Shown: one piece after another, positions 1-11,176 of the stretch | How the letters are laid out: the number at the start of each line of letters is the position of its first letter | How positions within the stretch are numbered: position 1 is the first letter of the stretch | From: Planctomycetota bacterium | GTDB taxonomy: Bacteria; Planctomycetota; UBA1135 | NCBI GenBank assembly: GCA_014382805.1 | Contig: JACNIZ010000227.1 | Location: forward strand, 1 to 53,165 | Length of the DNA stretch: 53,165 nt | Direction: 5' to 3' | The notes under the pieces: model-generated | Databases searched by the model: none | What the model was told of the DNA's origin: nothing | The model's input: the letters and a program-made list of their open reading frames with translations, nothing else | Made by a program: the position numbers and the translations under genes

Positions 1-136
1 CAGGAGTGCCTGCTGGGCGAGTGCAATTGGGAAACTTATGTCCCCAGTAGCCGATTAGAGTGCAAATAGACCCGCGCATGTTGCACATGGAACGCAATAT
101 GCGAGACAAAGAACGAAACGTAACGGAGATCGATTC

Positions 137-1009
137 ATGAGCATGCTGAGCATCAAAGGTCTGAGTAAAACCTACGGCAACGGCACTCGCGCCTTGGATC
201 AGGTCGATTTAGAAATTCCCAAAGGCTTATTCGGCCTACTCGGTCCAAACGGTGCAGGCAAATCGAGCCTGATGCGAACTGTCGCCACTCTGCAGCGGCC
301 GGATTCTGGGAGCATTTATTTTGAAGGAATTGACGTGCTGGCGCAGCCTCACGAAGCGCGCCAAATCATGGGTTATTTGCCGCAAGAGTTTGGCGTTTAT
401 CCAAATGTAGGAGCGGAAACCTTGCTGAATCATTTGGCCATTCTCAAAGGCTTGGTGAAGCGCGGAGTACGTCGCGATTGTGTGCATGCTTTGTTGCTTC
501 AAACCAATTTATGGGACCACCGACGCAAAGCAGTGTCTGGATTCTCTGGCGGCATGCGGCAACGTTTTGGTGTGGCTCAAGCGTTATTAGGAAATCCAAG
601 GTTGCTCATCGTTGATGAACCAACCGCGGGTTTGGATCCTGCTGAACGTCAGCGTTTCTTGGATTTGATTTGCGAGGTAGGGGAGCAAGTTGCAGTAATA
701 TTCTCCACCCACATGGTGGAAGACGTGCGGGAGTTGTGCCCCAACATGGCCATACTCCATCAAGGCAAAGTGTTGCTACGCGGCCGCCCCGAAGAGTGCA
801 TTCAGCAGTTGGCGGGTCAAATATGGTGGCGCACTTGTGAGCGCGCGGAATTACCAAAACTAAAACAACAGCATCACATCATTTCCACCAAACTGCGCTC
901 GGGCAAGGTCTTATTGCATGCGATGGCGAATCAAGCTCCAGCTGGATTTGAACCGGCCGAAGCAAACCTGGACGACGTCTATTTTTCGACCTTAGCCACC
1001 TATCCTTAG
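137..1009 (+). CDS. ABC transporter ATP-binding protein (ABC-2/NatA-like); no permease gene adjacent
   Basis: 290-aa ORF; Walker A GPNGAGKSS, ABC signature SGGMRQR, Walker B LLIVDEPTAGLD, H-loop FSTH. Confidence 0.9.
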   Translation: MSMLSIKGLSKTYGNGTRALDQVDLEIPKGLFGLLGPNGAGKSSLMRTVATLQRPDSGSIYFEGIDVLAQPHEARQIMGYLPQEFGVYPNVGAETLLNHLAILKGLVKRGVRRDCVHALLLQTNLWDHRRKAVSGFSGGMRQRFGVAQALLGNPRLLIVDEPTAGLDPAERQRFLDLICEVGEQVAVIFSTHMVEDVRELCPNMAILHQGKVLLRGRPEECIQQLAGQIWWRTCERAELPKLKQQHHIISTKLRSGKVLLHAMANQAPAGFEPAEANLDDVYFSTLATYP

Positions 1010-1059
1010 CAACCCATCCTTAGGGATAAACAATTGACGTCGAAAAACTGGAGTTGTTT

Positions 1060-2247
1060 TCAAAGGTCCGTGATATCCGGAATCGTGCGGCGCATGAACT
1101 CGTCAAACAGTGGCACTGAAAATGCAGTATCGCCGTGATTCGGGCTCCAGATCATGCCTTTGTGAATGAGTTTGCTACGCGTCGGGGCAAGAGAGGAAAC
1201 TTCACGTTTTAACCCCATCGCGACGTCGCCCGATCGGTGTGGACCGGGGCCTAGCTCCGCCATTGCTCTTAGGTAGCGCTTTTCGGATGGGGTCAAGCGA
1301 TCAAAACGCACGCGGAAGAAACTTTCGTCTAGTGCGGCAATCGCTGACTTCGAAGCTGCTTGGACATCGCTTAAAGTTATGGGTGATTCGGTTGCTGCGT
1401 CCCAAGCATGAGAGCCCCATTCCTGCAAAAAGTATGGGTAGCCTTGAGTGCGGTCGACTATTTCCGCAAGGGCGTCGTTTTGGATCTCAATACCTTCATT
1501 CGCAAGCGGATTCCTTATCGCCTTTTCGGCGGCTTCTGCTGGCAATGGCTTGACTACCTTAAATTCAAAAAGACGTTCCGCATATGACTTAGCTTTACCC
1601 ATTTGACCCGGCAATTGCGGCAAGCCGGCGCCGACCAAAACTACCGGCATTTGGCGCTGAGCCGTGCCGTGGAGGGCTGTGATCAATGCTGCCATTTGGT
1701 CCTCAGGGACATACTGGAGTTCATCAACAAACAACGCCAACGCGGTGCCGCCAGCTTTCGCCGCTGCACCTACACTTTCCAACAGCGCCTTGAGGTCGTA
1801 TTCCAAGTCGCCGTTGTCGGCTAAACCGGGCTCGGGGTCAAAATCGAAGCCAACTTCGATGTCAGAGTATTTCACCTTCAGTGCCTTCGCGAAACCGGCC
1901 AAAGCCTGCAACGCTCTTTTCGCCAATTTCGACGCCTTGGCAGTCCGCGAAAGCCTGAGCAGGCCTACCCGTAACTCGGGCGCGAGCATAGCTGGCAAGG
2001 ATCGACCCTCAGGGGCTTCAGTGCGGACCGTTTGGATGCCGTCCCCCTCGGCGAGGTCTCGCATTCGATCCAATAGCACCGTTTTACCCACCCCGCGTAA
2101 ACCCAATAAAATTAAGCTTTTAGCGTGTTTTCCTGCGCGGATTCGAGCGAGAGCAATCCTTGAATCTTCGATTAGATTGTCTCTGCCTACCAACTCTGGA
2201 GGAGGTGTTCCAGCGCCGGGTGCGAAGGGGTTTCGAACAGGGTCCAT
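1060..2247 (-). CDS. STAND/ORC-Cdc6-like P-loop ATPase (archaeal-ATPase/AAA_16 type) with C-terminal winged-helix-like region
   Basis: 395-aa ORF; Walker A GLRGVGKT, Walker B ALFVDELQ, GYPYFLQEWG motif; family assignment from memory, not searched. Confidence 0.75.
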   Translation of the reverse strand: MDPVRNPFAPGAGTPPPELVGRDNLIEDSRIALARIRAGKHAKSLILLGLRGVGKTVLLDRMRDLAEGDGIQTVRTEAPEGRSLPAMLAPELRVGLLRLSRTAKASKLAKRALQALAGFAKALKVKYSDIEVGFDFDPEPGLADNGDLEYDLKALLESVGAAAKAGGTALALFVDELQYVPEDQMAALITALHGTAQRQMPVVLVGAGLPQLPGQMGKAKSYAERLFEFKVVKPLPAEAAEKAIRNPLANEGIEIQNDALAEIVDRTQGYPYFLQEWGSHAWDAATESPITLSDVQAASKSAIAALDESFFRVRFDRLTPSEKRYLRAMAELGPGPHRSGDVAMGLKREVSSLAPTRSKLIHKGMIWSPNHGDTAFSVPLFDEFMRRTIPDITDL

Positions 2248-2255
2248 GTAGGGTT

Positions 2256-2312
2256 TATACCAAAGTTATCCTAAATTACCAAAAAACGATAACCTGGGAT
2301 AACTTTGGTATA
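2256..2312. promoter_or_regulatory. 16-bp perfect inverted repeat (candidate operator) in the divergent ATPase/ParD intergenic region
   Basis: TATACCAAAGTTATCC (2256-2271) and exact reverse complement GGATAACTTTGGTATA (2297-2312), 25-bp spacer containing a third GATAAC hexamer (2288-2293). Confidence 0.6.
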
Positions 2313-2382
2313 GAACGGATTTGATTTTGTTGTGAAATCCCCTCTCGGTGGGATTCTGTGCTACAAAGTCCTACACGAGGTC

Positions 2383-2661
2383 ATGATGGCGAAGCGTCAC
2401 AACATCAGCATTTCATTCACGCCGCAGCAGGCTAGTTTCCTTGCGGATTGCGTGGAATCCGGTCGTTACCAAACCGCGAGCGAGGCCGTTCGTGAAGGTA
2501 TACGGTTATTGCAGGATTATCAGGCTCGATTCCAAGCTGAAATAGAAAGAGTAAAGTTTTTGGTTCGAGAGGGATCCGAGCAAATTGACCGGGGGAAAAT
2601 GGTCGACGGAGAGACCTTTTTCGCTGAATGGGACCGGGAAACTGACGCGTACTTGGCCTAG
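2383..2661 (+). CDS. parD: ParD-family (COG3609) ribbon-helix-helix antitoxin; no cognate toxin gene
   Basis: MAKRHNISISFTPQQASFLADCVESGRYQTASEAVREGIRLLQ matches the ParD signature (SGRY-x-[ST]ASE-x-R-x3-RLL). The ORF track starts at GTG 2332, but ATG 2383/2386 gives the canonical N-terminus. Confidence 0.85.
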   Translation: MMAKRHNISISFTPQQASFLADCVESGRYQTASEAVREGIRLLQDYQARFQAEIERVKFLVREGSEQIDRGKMVDGETFFAEWDRETDAYLA

Positions 2662-4964
2662 TCTGATTGAGTGTTCAATTTCGTTGCCAACTCGGCGTCG
2701 GGATCTAATCCCAACTTCTGCCATACATGTTTGAGGTTGCGCAGCGTATTCGCAGTATCCGGATGACCTTCACGCAGTTTGCTGCGCCGGGTTTGCCAGG
2801 CTTGCAGAAGCAAATCCTCTGCTTCCTCTAAGCGATCGGTTTCTGCCAGCAATATGCCCAAATTATGCTTGGCCGCCGATGGCGTCTGGTGGTCATCGGC
2901 GTAGGTTATTTTGCATGAAGCGAGGATCGAGCGGTAAATGGCTTCGGCTTCTTCGAGTTGATCTAAATCTTTGATTGCCGCGGCTAGTAATGAGCGCGCA
3001 GAAATGGTCGCCGGGCTGTGCTCGCCTTCGCTGGCGGTTCGGCGTGCGACGACTGCTCGCAACATCGGAACCGCTTCGGCCGGCTTTTGATTTGCCACCA
3101 AAAACGCCGCCAAATTGCTGCGCGCTGACCAAGTGTGGAAGTGATCATCACCCCATTCGGCCATGGTGCCACGCAAGGAATTGCGTAACAACGGCTCGGC
3201 CTCTTCCAAGCGTTTTTGGCGCCAATATAAAAAGGCCAAGTTGCCTTGATTCTCCAACGCCTTCGGCGACTCGGCGCCATACAGTTCATCGTGGCCACGT
3301 TGCGCTGCCAAATAATGCTGCTCGGCTTCCTCAAATTTGGCTCGGCCAACCAACAATTGCGCCAGTTGATTGTGTGCCTTCAGCGTGCGCTGATCCATCG
3401 GGCCGATGTACTGCTGATGCATTTTTAATGCGCGCGTCAAATACCGCTCGGCGCGCTCGTTATGACCCAAACCCGCATGCAGCGACCCTAGCGCCATCCA
3501 CAACCCTGCCCGCACTGCTGGTTCATTCACCAATTGACTCTGCTTGTCGCCTGCCGACGCTTCCAATTCCTGTTCCGCCATCTCCAACAACTCCAAAGCT
3601 GGTGTTTGTAAATTGGTTTCGCCGCTCGGGCCCATGCGCGAAAACAGTCCGGCAAAAAACGCTTCAATGCGTTCCGCCGTTTGCTGCCGTGCGACCGCAA
3701 TCGACGCTTCCTCTTCTGCACGACGCCACCCCGTCTGCGCATAAATTGCCAGCGCCGCTAACAACACCATCGCCACTCCAGCCACCACCAACCCCGCCGA
3801 CGCCGATGGATGCCGTCGCATCCATAGACTGGCCCGCATCCAAGTGCCAGCCGGACGTGCTTGAACGCTGCGACCATTCACATAACGGTTCAGGTCGGCA
3901 CCGAAATCGGCCATCGACGCGTATCGATCGGCAGGTTTTTTGCGCAACGCTTTCAAGCAAATCAACGCCAATTCGCGCGGCACCCTGGAGCGATGCATGC
4001 GTGGTGCAATCGGTTCATGCAAACGAATGTTCTGTACGATCTGCTCGCGAGTATCGCCCGGAAATGCGCGATGCAGAGTCAGCGCTTCGTACAGCGTGGC
4101 GCCCAAGGAAAAAATATCGCTGGCCGCTTCCACCGCTGAACCGGCCAACTGCTCCGGACTCATATAGGCTGGCGTGCCCAACACGTCGCCGGTGCGAGAC
4201 AAACCAGGCAAGTCGGAGGCAAAAGCTAATCCAAAGTCCGCCACCTTGACCTGCTCGCCATCCAACAAAATATTCCCTGGCTTCAAATCGCGATGCACCA
4301 CTCCATGATCATGCGCGTTCTGCAGCGCGTCGGCCAAAGTCGCAAACATGGTGGCCAGCGCCGCAAAGTGCCCAGACGGCAAGGCTTCGTCCGGATCTTC
4401 TTCACGAATTCGGTCGGCTAAGGTGCGCCCGCCAGCCACTAGCTCTTGCACGATGTACGGCGTGCCCTCGGCTTCACCAACGCCGAGAACTTTGACGATG
4501 GCAGCATGGTCCAAGCGCTGCGCCAATTCTGCTTCGCGTTCAAAGCGCTGCCAACTGGTACCGGAAATTCCCAGGAACGGGTGCAGCATTTTGATCGCCA
4601 CTTGCAGCGGACGCGGCTGCGATTTGTTGACTGCGCCGAGCGTGGATTCAGTCGCCGAATTCGCCGAAGTCGGCGCGCCCATTCCTTCGTCCACCGCCTC
4701 CCAAACCACGCCCATGCCGCCGCGTCCAATCTCGCGCACCAAACGATAACCAGCAACCTCGCCATGGCCAGCTGGACCGGCAAAAACCGCATGCGAAGAC
4801 GGCCGACCTAGTTGCAGGGCGCGGTAGTCGTCGACGATTTGTAAATACAACTCCCGGACCTCAAGGGTCTCACCATTCAGCAACGATTCCGCCGCCAAAT
4901 CCGGAACTTTTTGCAGCGCTTCGATCCAATCTTCGAACAACTGTTGGGCGCGGCGAGTGCTCAT
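2658..4964 (-). CDS. Ser/Thr protein kinase with one TM helix and C-terminal TPR repeats
   Basis: GRGGMGVV glycine loop, VAIK, HRDLKPGNILL, DFG, SPEQ; TM LVVAGVAMVLLAALAIYA; TPR-like repeats to the C-terminus. Start taken at ATG 4964 (MSTRRAQQ), which overlaps the sigma-factor stop as ATGA; the ORF track extends to 5063. Confidence 0.9.
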   Translation of the reverse strand: MSTRRAQQLFEDWIEALQKVPDLAAESLLNGETLEVRELYLQIVDDYRALQLGRPSSHAVFAGPAGHGEVAGYRLVREIGRGGMGVVWEAVDEGMGAPTSANSATESTLGAVNKSQPRPLQVAIKMLHPFLGISGTSWQRFEREAELAQRLDHAAIVKVLGVGEAEGTPYIVQELVAGGRTLADRIREEDPDEALPSGHFAALATMFATLADALQNAHDHGVVHRDLKPGNILLDGEQVKVADFGLAFASDLPGLSRTGDVLGTPAYMSPEQLAGSAVEAASDIFSLGATLYEALTLHRAFPGDTREQIVQNIRLHEPIAPRMHRSRVPRELALICLKALRKKPADRYASMADFGADLNRYVNGRSVQARPAGTWMRASLWMRRHPSASAGLVVAGVAMVLLAALAIYAQTGWRRAEEEASIAVARQQTAERIEAFFAGLFSRMGPSGETNLQTPALELLEMAEQELEASAGDKQSQLVNEPAVRAGLWMALGSLHAGLGHNERAERYLTRALKMHQQYIGPMDQRTLKAHNQLAQLLVGRAKFEEAEQHYLAAQRGHDELYGAESPKALENQGNLAFLYWRQKRLEEAEPLLRNSLRGTMAEWGDDHFHTWSARSNLAAFLVANQKPAEAVPMLRAVVARRTASEGEHSPATISARSLLAAAIKDLDQLEEAEAIYRSILASCKITYADDHQTPSAAKHNLGILLAETDRLEEAEDLLLQAWQTRRSKLREGHPDTANTLRNLKHVWQKLGLDPDAELATKLNTQSD

Positions 4965-5710
4965 GAACCGACGCCTCCCTGACGTGCCCGCGCCAATGCT
5001 CGTTGCACCGCTTTGCGCGCACTTTCCGGTTGCAGACCGTTGGCCTCCGCCAGCTCCGCCCAACTCATACCATTCAGGTGGCCGCGCACTAACTCCCGGT
5101 CACGCTTATTCAATCGCGCCAAAGCCAGCGCCGTTTGTTGCCATTCTTCGGCGCTGACCAATTCCGTTGCAGGCCCGGGTTGATCCACCGCCAACAGATC
5201 AGCGTCGGTATTTTTACGCAGATCCTCGCGACGTTTGCCAGCCTGCAGCCGACGTGATCGGTCGCTGGCCTTCCAGCGTAGGCGGGCGGCGAGTAAGGCC
5301 AAGAAGGCGTCGCGACTCTCGAATTTCAGTTGCGCCATGTCTGGCCACAGGTCGCCGAGCACTGACTGCACCAAATCGCCACTATCTAAAAAGCGGCGTA
5401 AGCCGGGGCCTAATGCACCGTGGCCGAGGCGGGCGAGGTCGGCTAAAAAGAAGCTGAGGAACTCGTCGGCGAGTCCATTGCAATGGGTAGGGGCGGCCGA
5501 GGTTGCCGGGCGAACCGGATCTCCAAGGCGACTATGAATGACCGCCAAAACCGCATTTCCCAAGGTCGCTCCGCCACGCATTCGAGCCACAACCAAGGCC
5601 TGCGGTGCCGGATCGTGCATCAGTTCGCTGCTGCACGGACCCAGCCGCTCGGCGGCAAAATCTACCGCTGCGCTTGCCACCTCAGTGGGTGTAAGGTCCG
5701 CCTCGGCCAT
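4961..5710 (-). CDS. ECF-type RNA polymerase sigma factor with N-terminal extension
   Basis: 249-aa ORF; region 2-like LVQSVLGDLW and region 4 HTH LNGMSWAELAEANGLQPESARKAVQRALARAR; 4-bp ATGA overlap with the downstream kinase. Confidence 0.8.
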   Translation of the reverse strand: MAEADLTPTEVASAAVDFAAERLGPCSSELMHDPAPQALVVARMRGGATLGNAVLAVIHSRLGDPVRPATSAAPTHCNGLADEFLSFFLADLARLGHGALGPGLRRFLDSGDLVQSVLGDLWPDMAQLKFESRDAFLALLAARLRWKASDRSRRLQAGKRREDLRKNTDADLLAVDQPGPATELVSAEEWQQTALALARLNKRDRELVRGHLNGMSWAELAEANGLQPESARKAVQRALARARQGGVGS

Positions 5711-5731
5711 TCTTCCAGGCTAACAGCCGCT

Positions 5732-6244
5732 ATGCTGGAGAGCCTAATTCCCGTTTTGAGCATCCATCAACTTCGTCCCCGTTTCCAGCTCGACGTGGCG
5801 CTTCCTCCACAAGAAGTCATCCAGCGTTTGAGCGATCTCATTCAAAACCCTTCCAGCCCTTGCACTGGCATGGTGGCGGATTTGCAAGGCCATATCGATT
5901 TGCAAATTGCTAAAGATGAGCGCCACACTTGGTCTCCGAGCATGAGCATCAACGTGGAGGCGAAGGATGCGGGCAGCTATCTTCGAGTTTTGATCGGGCC
6001 CAATCCTGGGATTTGGACCGCGGTGGCCTTTAGTTATTTGGGGCTAATCACGGGGATATTGTTTTTGGTGATTCTGGGTAGTGTGCAGTTATTTTTGAAC
6101 AAAGATGCATGGGCCTTCCAGATCGTGGCTGCGTTTACTGTGCTCTTGATAGGGGTTTGGATTGCGTCGCGAGTCGGCTCCAGATTGGCAACGCCTCAGA
6201 TCGTTCAATTGCGTGGTTTATTGGATTCGGTACTCAAGGAATAG
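5732..6244 (+). CDS. hypothetical membrane protein (soluble N-domain plus two C-terminal TM helices)
   Basis: ATG 5732 (MLESLIPV), 170 aa; TM segments WTAVAFSYLGLITGILFLVILG and FQIVAAFTVLLIGVWIA. The ORF-track N-terminal extension overlaps the sigma gene and is rejected. Confidence 0.55.
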   Translation: MLESLIPVLSIHQLRPRFQLDVALPPQEVIQRLSDLIQNPSSPCTGMVADLQGHIDLQIAKDERHTWSPSMSINVEAKDAGSYLRVLIGPNPGIWTAVAFSYLGLITGILFLVILGSVQLFLNKDAWAFQIVAAFTVLLIGVWIASRVGSRLATPQIVQLRGLLDSVLKE

Positions 6245-6429
6245 TCATTGTCCGATCCCCTAAGTAGTTATTTTGTAAGCTATTAGGGAGTGGGAGGGCA
6301 AATGTCATTCGCCCTGTTTAATAGTATTGTTTGCAAAATTGGCAACTCTTTTGAATTTCTCCCTTTCCATTTTGAGGACAGGCATTAATCCTGGGTACCC
6401 CTTTTACTCAGACTGGGAAAAACACACGC

Positions 6430-8841
<2,412 letters not shown>

Positions 8842-8852
8842 GAAGGCAAAAA

Positions 8853-9062
8853 ATGGAAGACCTATTACTCCGTGACCATTCCATCTTTAAGGTGGCTAGC
8901 ACGCTGTTTTTCGTGCTGTTTTTCGCTGCGATGTGCATCTGGTTGATGCGCGGCGCCAAGGAACAATTCCGGGCAGACTCGGAAATCCCGCTGCAGGACG
9001 GCCGCCTGGCCAACAAAAATTTGAAAAGCTCGGACGCCCAAGGAGGTGGCCTCAATGACTGA
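8853..9062 (+). CDS. ccoQ: CcoQ/FixQ-like small membrane subunit of cbb3 oxidase
   Basis: 69 aa, single TM STLFFVLFFAAMCIWL, positioned between ccoNO and ccoP; AGGAAGG Shine-Dalgarno upstream. Confidence 0.65.
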   Translation: MEDLLLRDHSIFKVASTLFFVLFFAAMCIWLMRGAKEQFRADSEIPLQDGRLANKNLKSSDAQGGGLND

Positions 9063-9699
9063 TTCCAATAACCCAACTCAAGGTCAGGCACCTCAGGAAG
9101 ACAACCTCACTGACCACAGCTACGACGGCATTCAGGAATACGACAACCCACTACCAGGCTGGTGGGTGGCCATTTTCTGGGGCTCGATCGTTTGGTCATT
9201 CTTCTACTTCGGCTGGTACACCGCCGGCCCTGGCGACAGTTGGTTGGATACTTTCAACCAGGAAGTCGAGGCCCTAGCCGAGCAAAAGGACGCTGCCGCC
9301 AAAGAGCAGCTGTCGTCGCTGGGCGAAGTCTCCGGTAGCGCAGCCTCTCTGATGAGAATGGCAGCCAACGCCGACCTGATGGAATCGCAAAAAGCCCTTT
9401 GGGCAGTCCGTTGCGCAGTCTGCCATACGGCTGATGGTCGCGGCATGGTTGGGCTCGGTCCGAACATGAAGGACGACCATTACCTCAACGTCAAGACGAT
9501 TGAAGACATTCCAAAAATCGTGACCGAGGGTATACCAGGCAAGGCAATGACTCCGTTCAAGGGATTGTTGACCGAGCAAGAAATCCTGACGATTTCCGCT
9601 TACGTCGCCAGCATGCGCGGTTCTGCGCTGGATCCGTCCATCACCATGCCGGTTAAAGAGGCGGAGGGCGAAGTGATCCCTCCATGGTCGGCCGAATAA
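9055..9699 (+). CDS. ccoP: cbb3-type cytochrome c oxidase subunit III (CcoP), monohaem form
   Basis: FixP N-terminal motif YDGIQEYDNPLPGWW and a single CxxCH (CAVCH). Start at ATG 9055, preceded by AGGAGG (9041-9046), overlapping the ccoQ stop. Confidence 0.85.
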   Translation: MTDSNNPTQGQAPQEDNLTDHSYDGIQEYDNPLPGWWVAIFWGSIVWSFFYFGWYTAGPGDSWLDTFNQEVEALAEQKDAAAKEQLSSLGEVSGSAASLMRMAANADLMESQKALWAVRCAVCHTADGRGMVGLGPNMKDDHYLNVKTIEDIPKIVTEGIPGKAMTPFKGLLTEQEILTISAYVASMRGSALDPSITMPVKEAEGEVIPPWSAE

Positions 9700-9752
9700 T
9701 TTCGGATCGAATCTGAACAAAAGCTCTGGTCGCTAGCCGGCTGGAGCTTAGT

Positions 9753-11174
9753 TTGGTAAAACTAAAACTGTCGCCCGATGGCATGAGTGATCCAACCCCA
9801 TTACTAGACCCTGATGAACGCGTTCTGTCTACGCTGAACCAGGACGGAAGCCGCCGCTGGCTACGCCCAAAAGTGGCGCATGGTAAATGGTGGAAACGAC
9901 GTGCCATCGTCGGCTATGGACTCATCGTCCTGTTTAATTTGCTGCCTTGGATCCATATCAACGGTAAGCCGATTCTGCTGCTGGACGTGATGCACCGGCA
10001 GTTCACCTTTTTCACGGTGACCTTCCGCCCAACGGAGACCCTGCTATTGGCATTTTTAATGCTGGGTCTGTTTGTCGGTATCTTTTTCATCACCTCTATG
10101 TTTGGACGCGTTTGGTGCGGCTGGGGTTGTCCGCAAACGGTTTACCTGGAGTTCCTATACCGACCGATTGAGCGCTTCATCGAGGGCCCCAATGGTCAAA
10201 AAGGCAAGCCGGTGGCGCTGCCGCGTAAGGTGTTGAAGTACGTGATTTACATCGCGGTGAGCTTCCACCTCGCCCATACCTTCCTGGCTTACTTTGTGAG
10301 TCCGAAGGTGCTGTTTAGTTGGACCCTTGGCAACCCTTTTGAACACCCAACGGGCTTTGGAATAGTCGTCGGCGTTACCGCGCTGATGGTTTACAATTTC
10401 GTATGGTTCCGCGAGCAAATGTGCATCTTGGCGTGCCCATACGGCCGTCTGCAATCGGTGCTTTTGGACCGGAACTCTCTCATCGTCGGCTATGACGAAA
10501 AGCGGGGCGAGCCGCGCGGCAAAAAGAAGAAAAAGGATGCCAATGCTGCCCTCGGAGATTGCATTGATTGCAACTGGTGCCGCGCCGTTTGTCCGACCGG
10601 GATTGACATTCGCCACGGACTGCAAATGGAGTGTATTCACTGCACCGAATGCATTGATGCTTGCGACAACATCATGGAAAAAATCGGGCGGCCAAAGGGG
10701 CTGATTCGCTACACCTCGCAACATGGTTTGGCGGGCGACCCGATTAAATTTCTGCGGCCACGCACCGTGCTTTACCCACTGGTCATCGGGCTCGCCTTGC
10801 TCGCCTTTACCTGGCGGTTGACGTCGCGGGAATCGGCGCTGATTACCCCGATGCGGGTCCAGTCCGCCCCTTTTGCTGAACTCCAAAACGGTGCGATTCG
10901 TAATACTGTCGCCTTCCGCATTGAAAACCGCAGTGTAGAGGTGCATACCTACAAAGTGTCATTGGAAGAGGGCCATCAACTGACAGCGCCGTCGTTCCCG
11001 ATGACCCTGAACCCCAGTCAAGCTCAAGAATTCACTTTGATTGTGGAATCGCCGCTACAGTCCTTCTCCAAGGGCCAAGCGCGGGTCACTTTCCTCTTCT
11101 CAGATGAAGCCGATTTCGAAATCGAGGTCGACCGAACTGTGCTTGGCCCATTCACTCTCAGCTCCACGCAATAA
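9753..11174 (+). CDS. ccoG: cytochrome c oxidase accessory protein CcoG/FixG (4Fe-4S ferredoxin-type)
   Basis: CGWGCPQ, CILACPYGRLQ, CIDCNWCRAVCP, CIHCTECIDAC motifs; start uncertain (GTG 9753 or ATG 9783). Confidence 0.9.
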   Translation: MVKLKLSPDGMSDPTPLLDPDERVLSTLNQDGSRRWLRPKVAHGKWWKRRAIVGYGLIVLFNLLPWIHINGKPILLLDVMHRQFTFFTVTFRPTETLLLAFLMLGLFVGIFFITSMFGRVWCGWGCPQTVYLEFLYRPIERFIEGPNGQKGKPVALPRKVLKYVIYIAVSFHLAHTFLAYFVSPKVLFSWTLGNPFEHPTGFGIVVGVTALMVYNFVWFREQMCILACPYGRLQSVLLDRNSLIVGYDEKRGEPRGKKKKKDANAALGDCIDCNWCRAVCPTGIDIRHGLQMECIHCTECIDACDNIMEKIGRPKGLIRYTSQHGLAGDPIKFLRPRTVLYPLVIGLALLAFTWRLTSRESALITPMRVQSAPFAELQNGAIRNTVAFRIENRSVEVHTYKVSLEEGHQLTAPSFPMTLNPSQAQEFTLIVESPLQSFSKGQARVTFLFSDEADFEIEVDRTVLGPFTLSSTQ

Positions 11175-11176
11175 CC

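Noticed and set aside
1-69. Possible 3' end of a plus-strand gene (frame 1 reads QECLLGECNWETYVPSSRLECK then a stop)
   Set aside because: Only 22 codons are visible and there is no motif. The call cannot be supported.
1111-1126. TGGCAC-TGAAA-ATGCA, a sigma-54-like -24/-12 motif on the plus strand
   Set aside because: It lies inside and antisense to the ATPase coding region, has no downstream plus-strand gene, and its -12 box reads ATGCA rather than TTGCA. Most likely a chance match.
2975-4249. 424-aa plus-strand ORF, the longest of several nested ORFs inside the kinase region
   Set aside because: It is fully antisense to a kinase/TPR gene with clear motifs. Its translation is low-complexity (P/R/A/S-rich) with no motifs. 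It is a shadow ORF of the kind typical in GC-rich coding DNA.
5483-5731. N-terminal extensions in the ORF track (5483, 5063, 18478, 18329, 23453, 23664, 27815, 38758, 40069, 14883)
   Set aside because: The extensions overlap neighbouring genes or precede obvious signal peptides or canonical N-termini. Internal ATG/TTG starts with better context were chosen instead.
6340-6355. TGGCAA-CTCTT-TTGAA upstream of ccoNO, resembling a sigma-54 promoter
   Set aside because: It lacks the near-invariant GC of the -12 element (TTGA instead of TTGC). I treat it as not a sigma-54 promoter.
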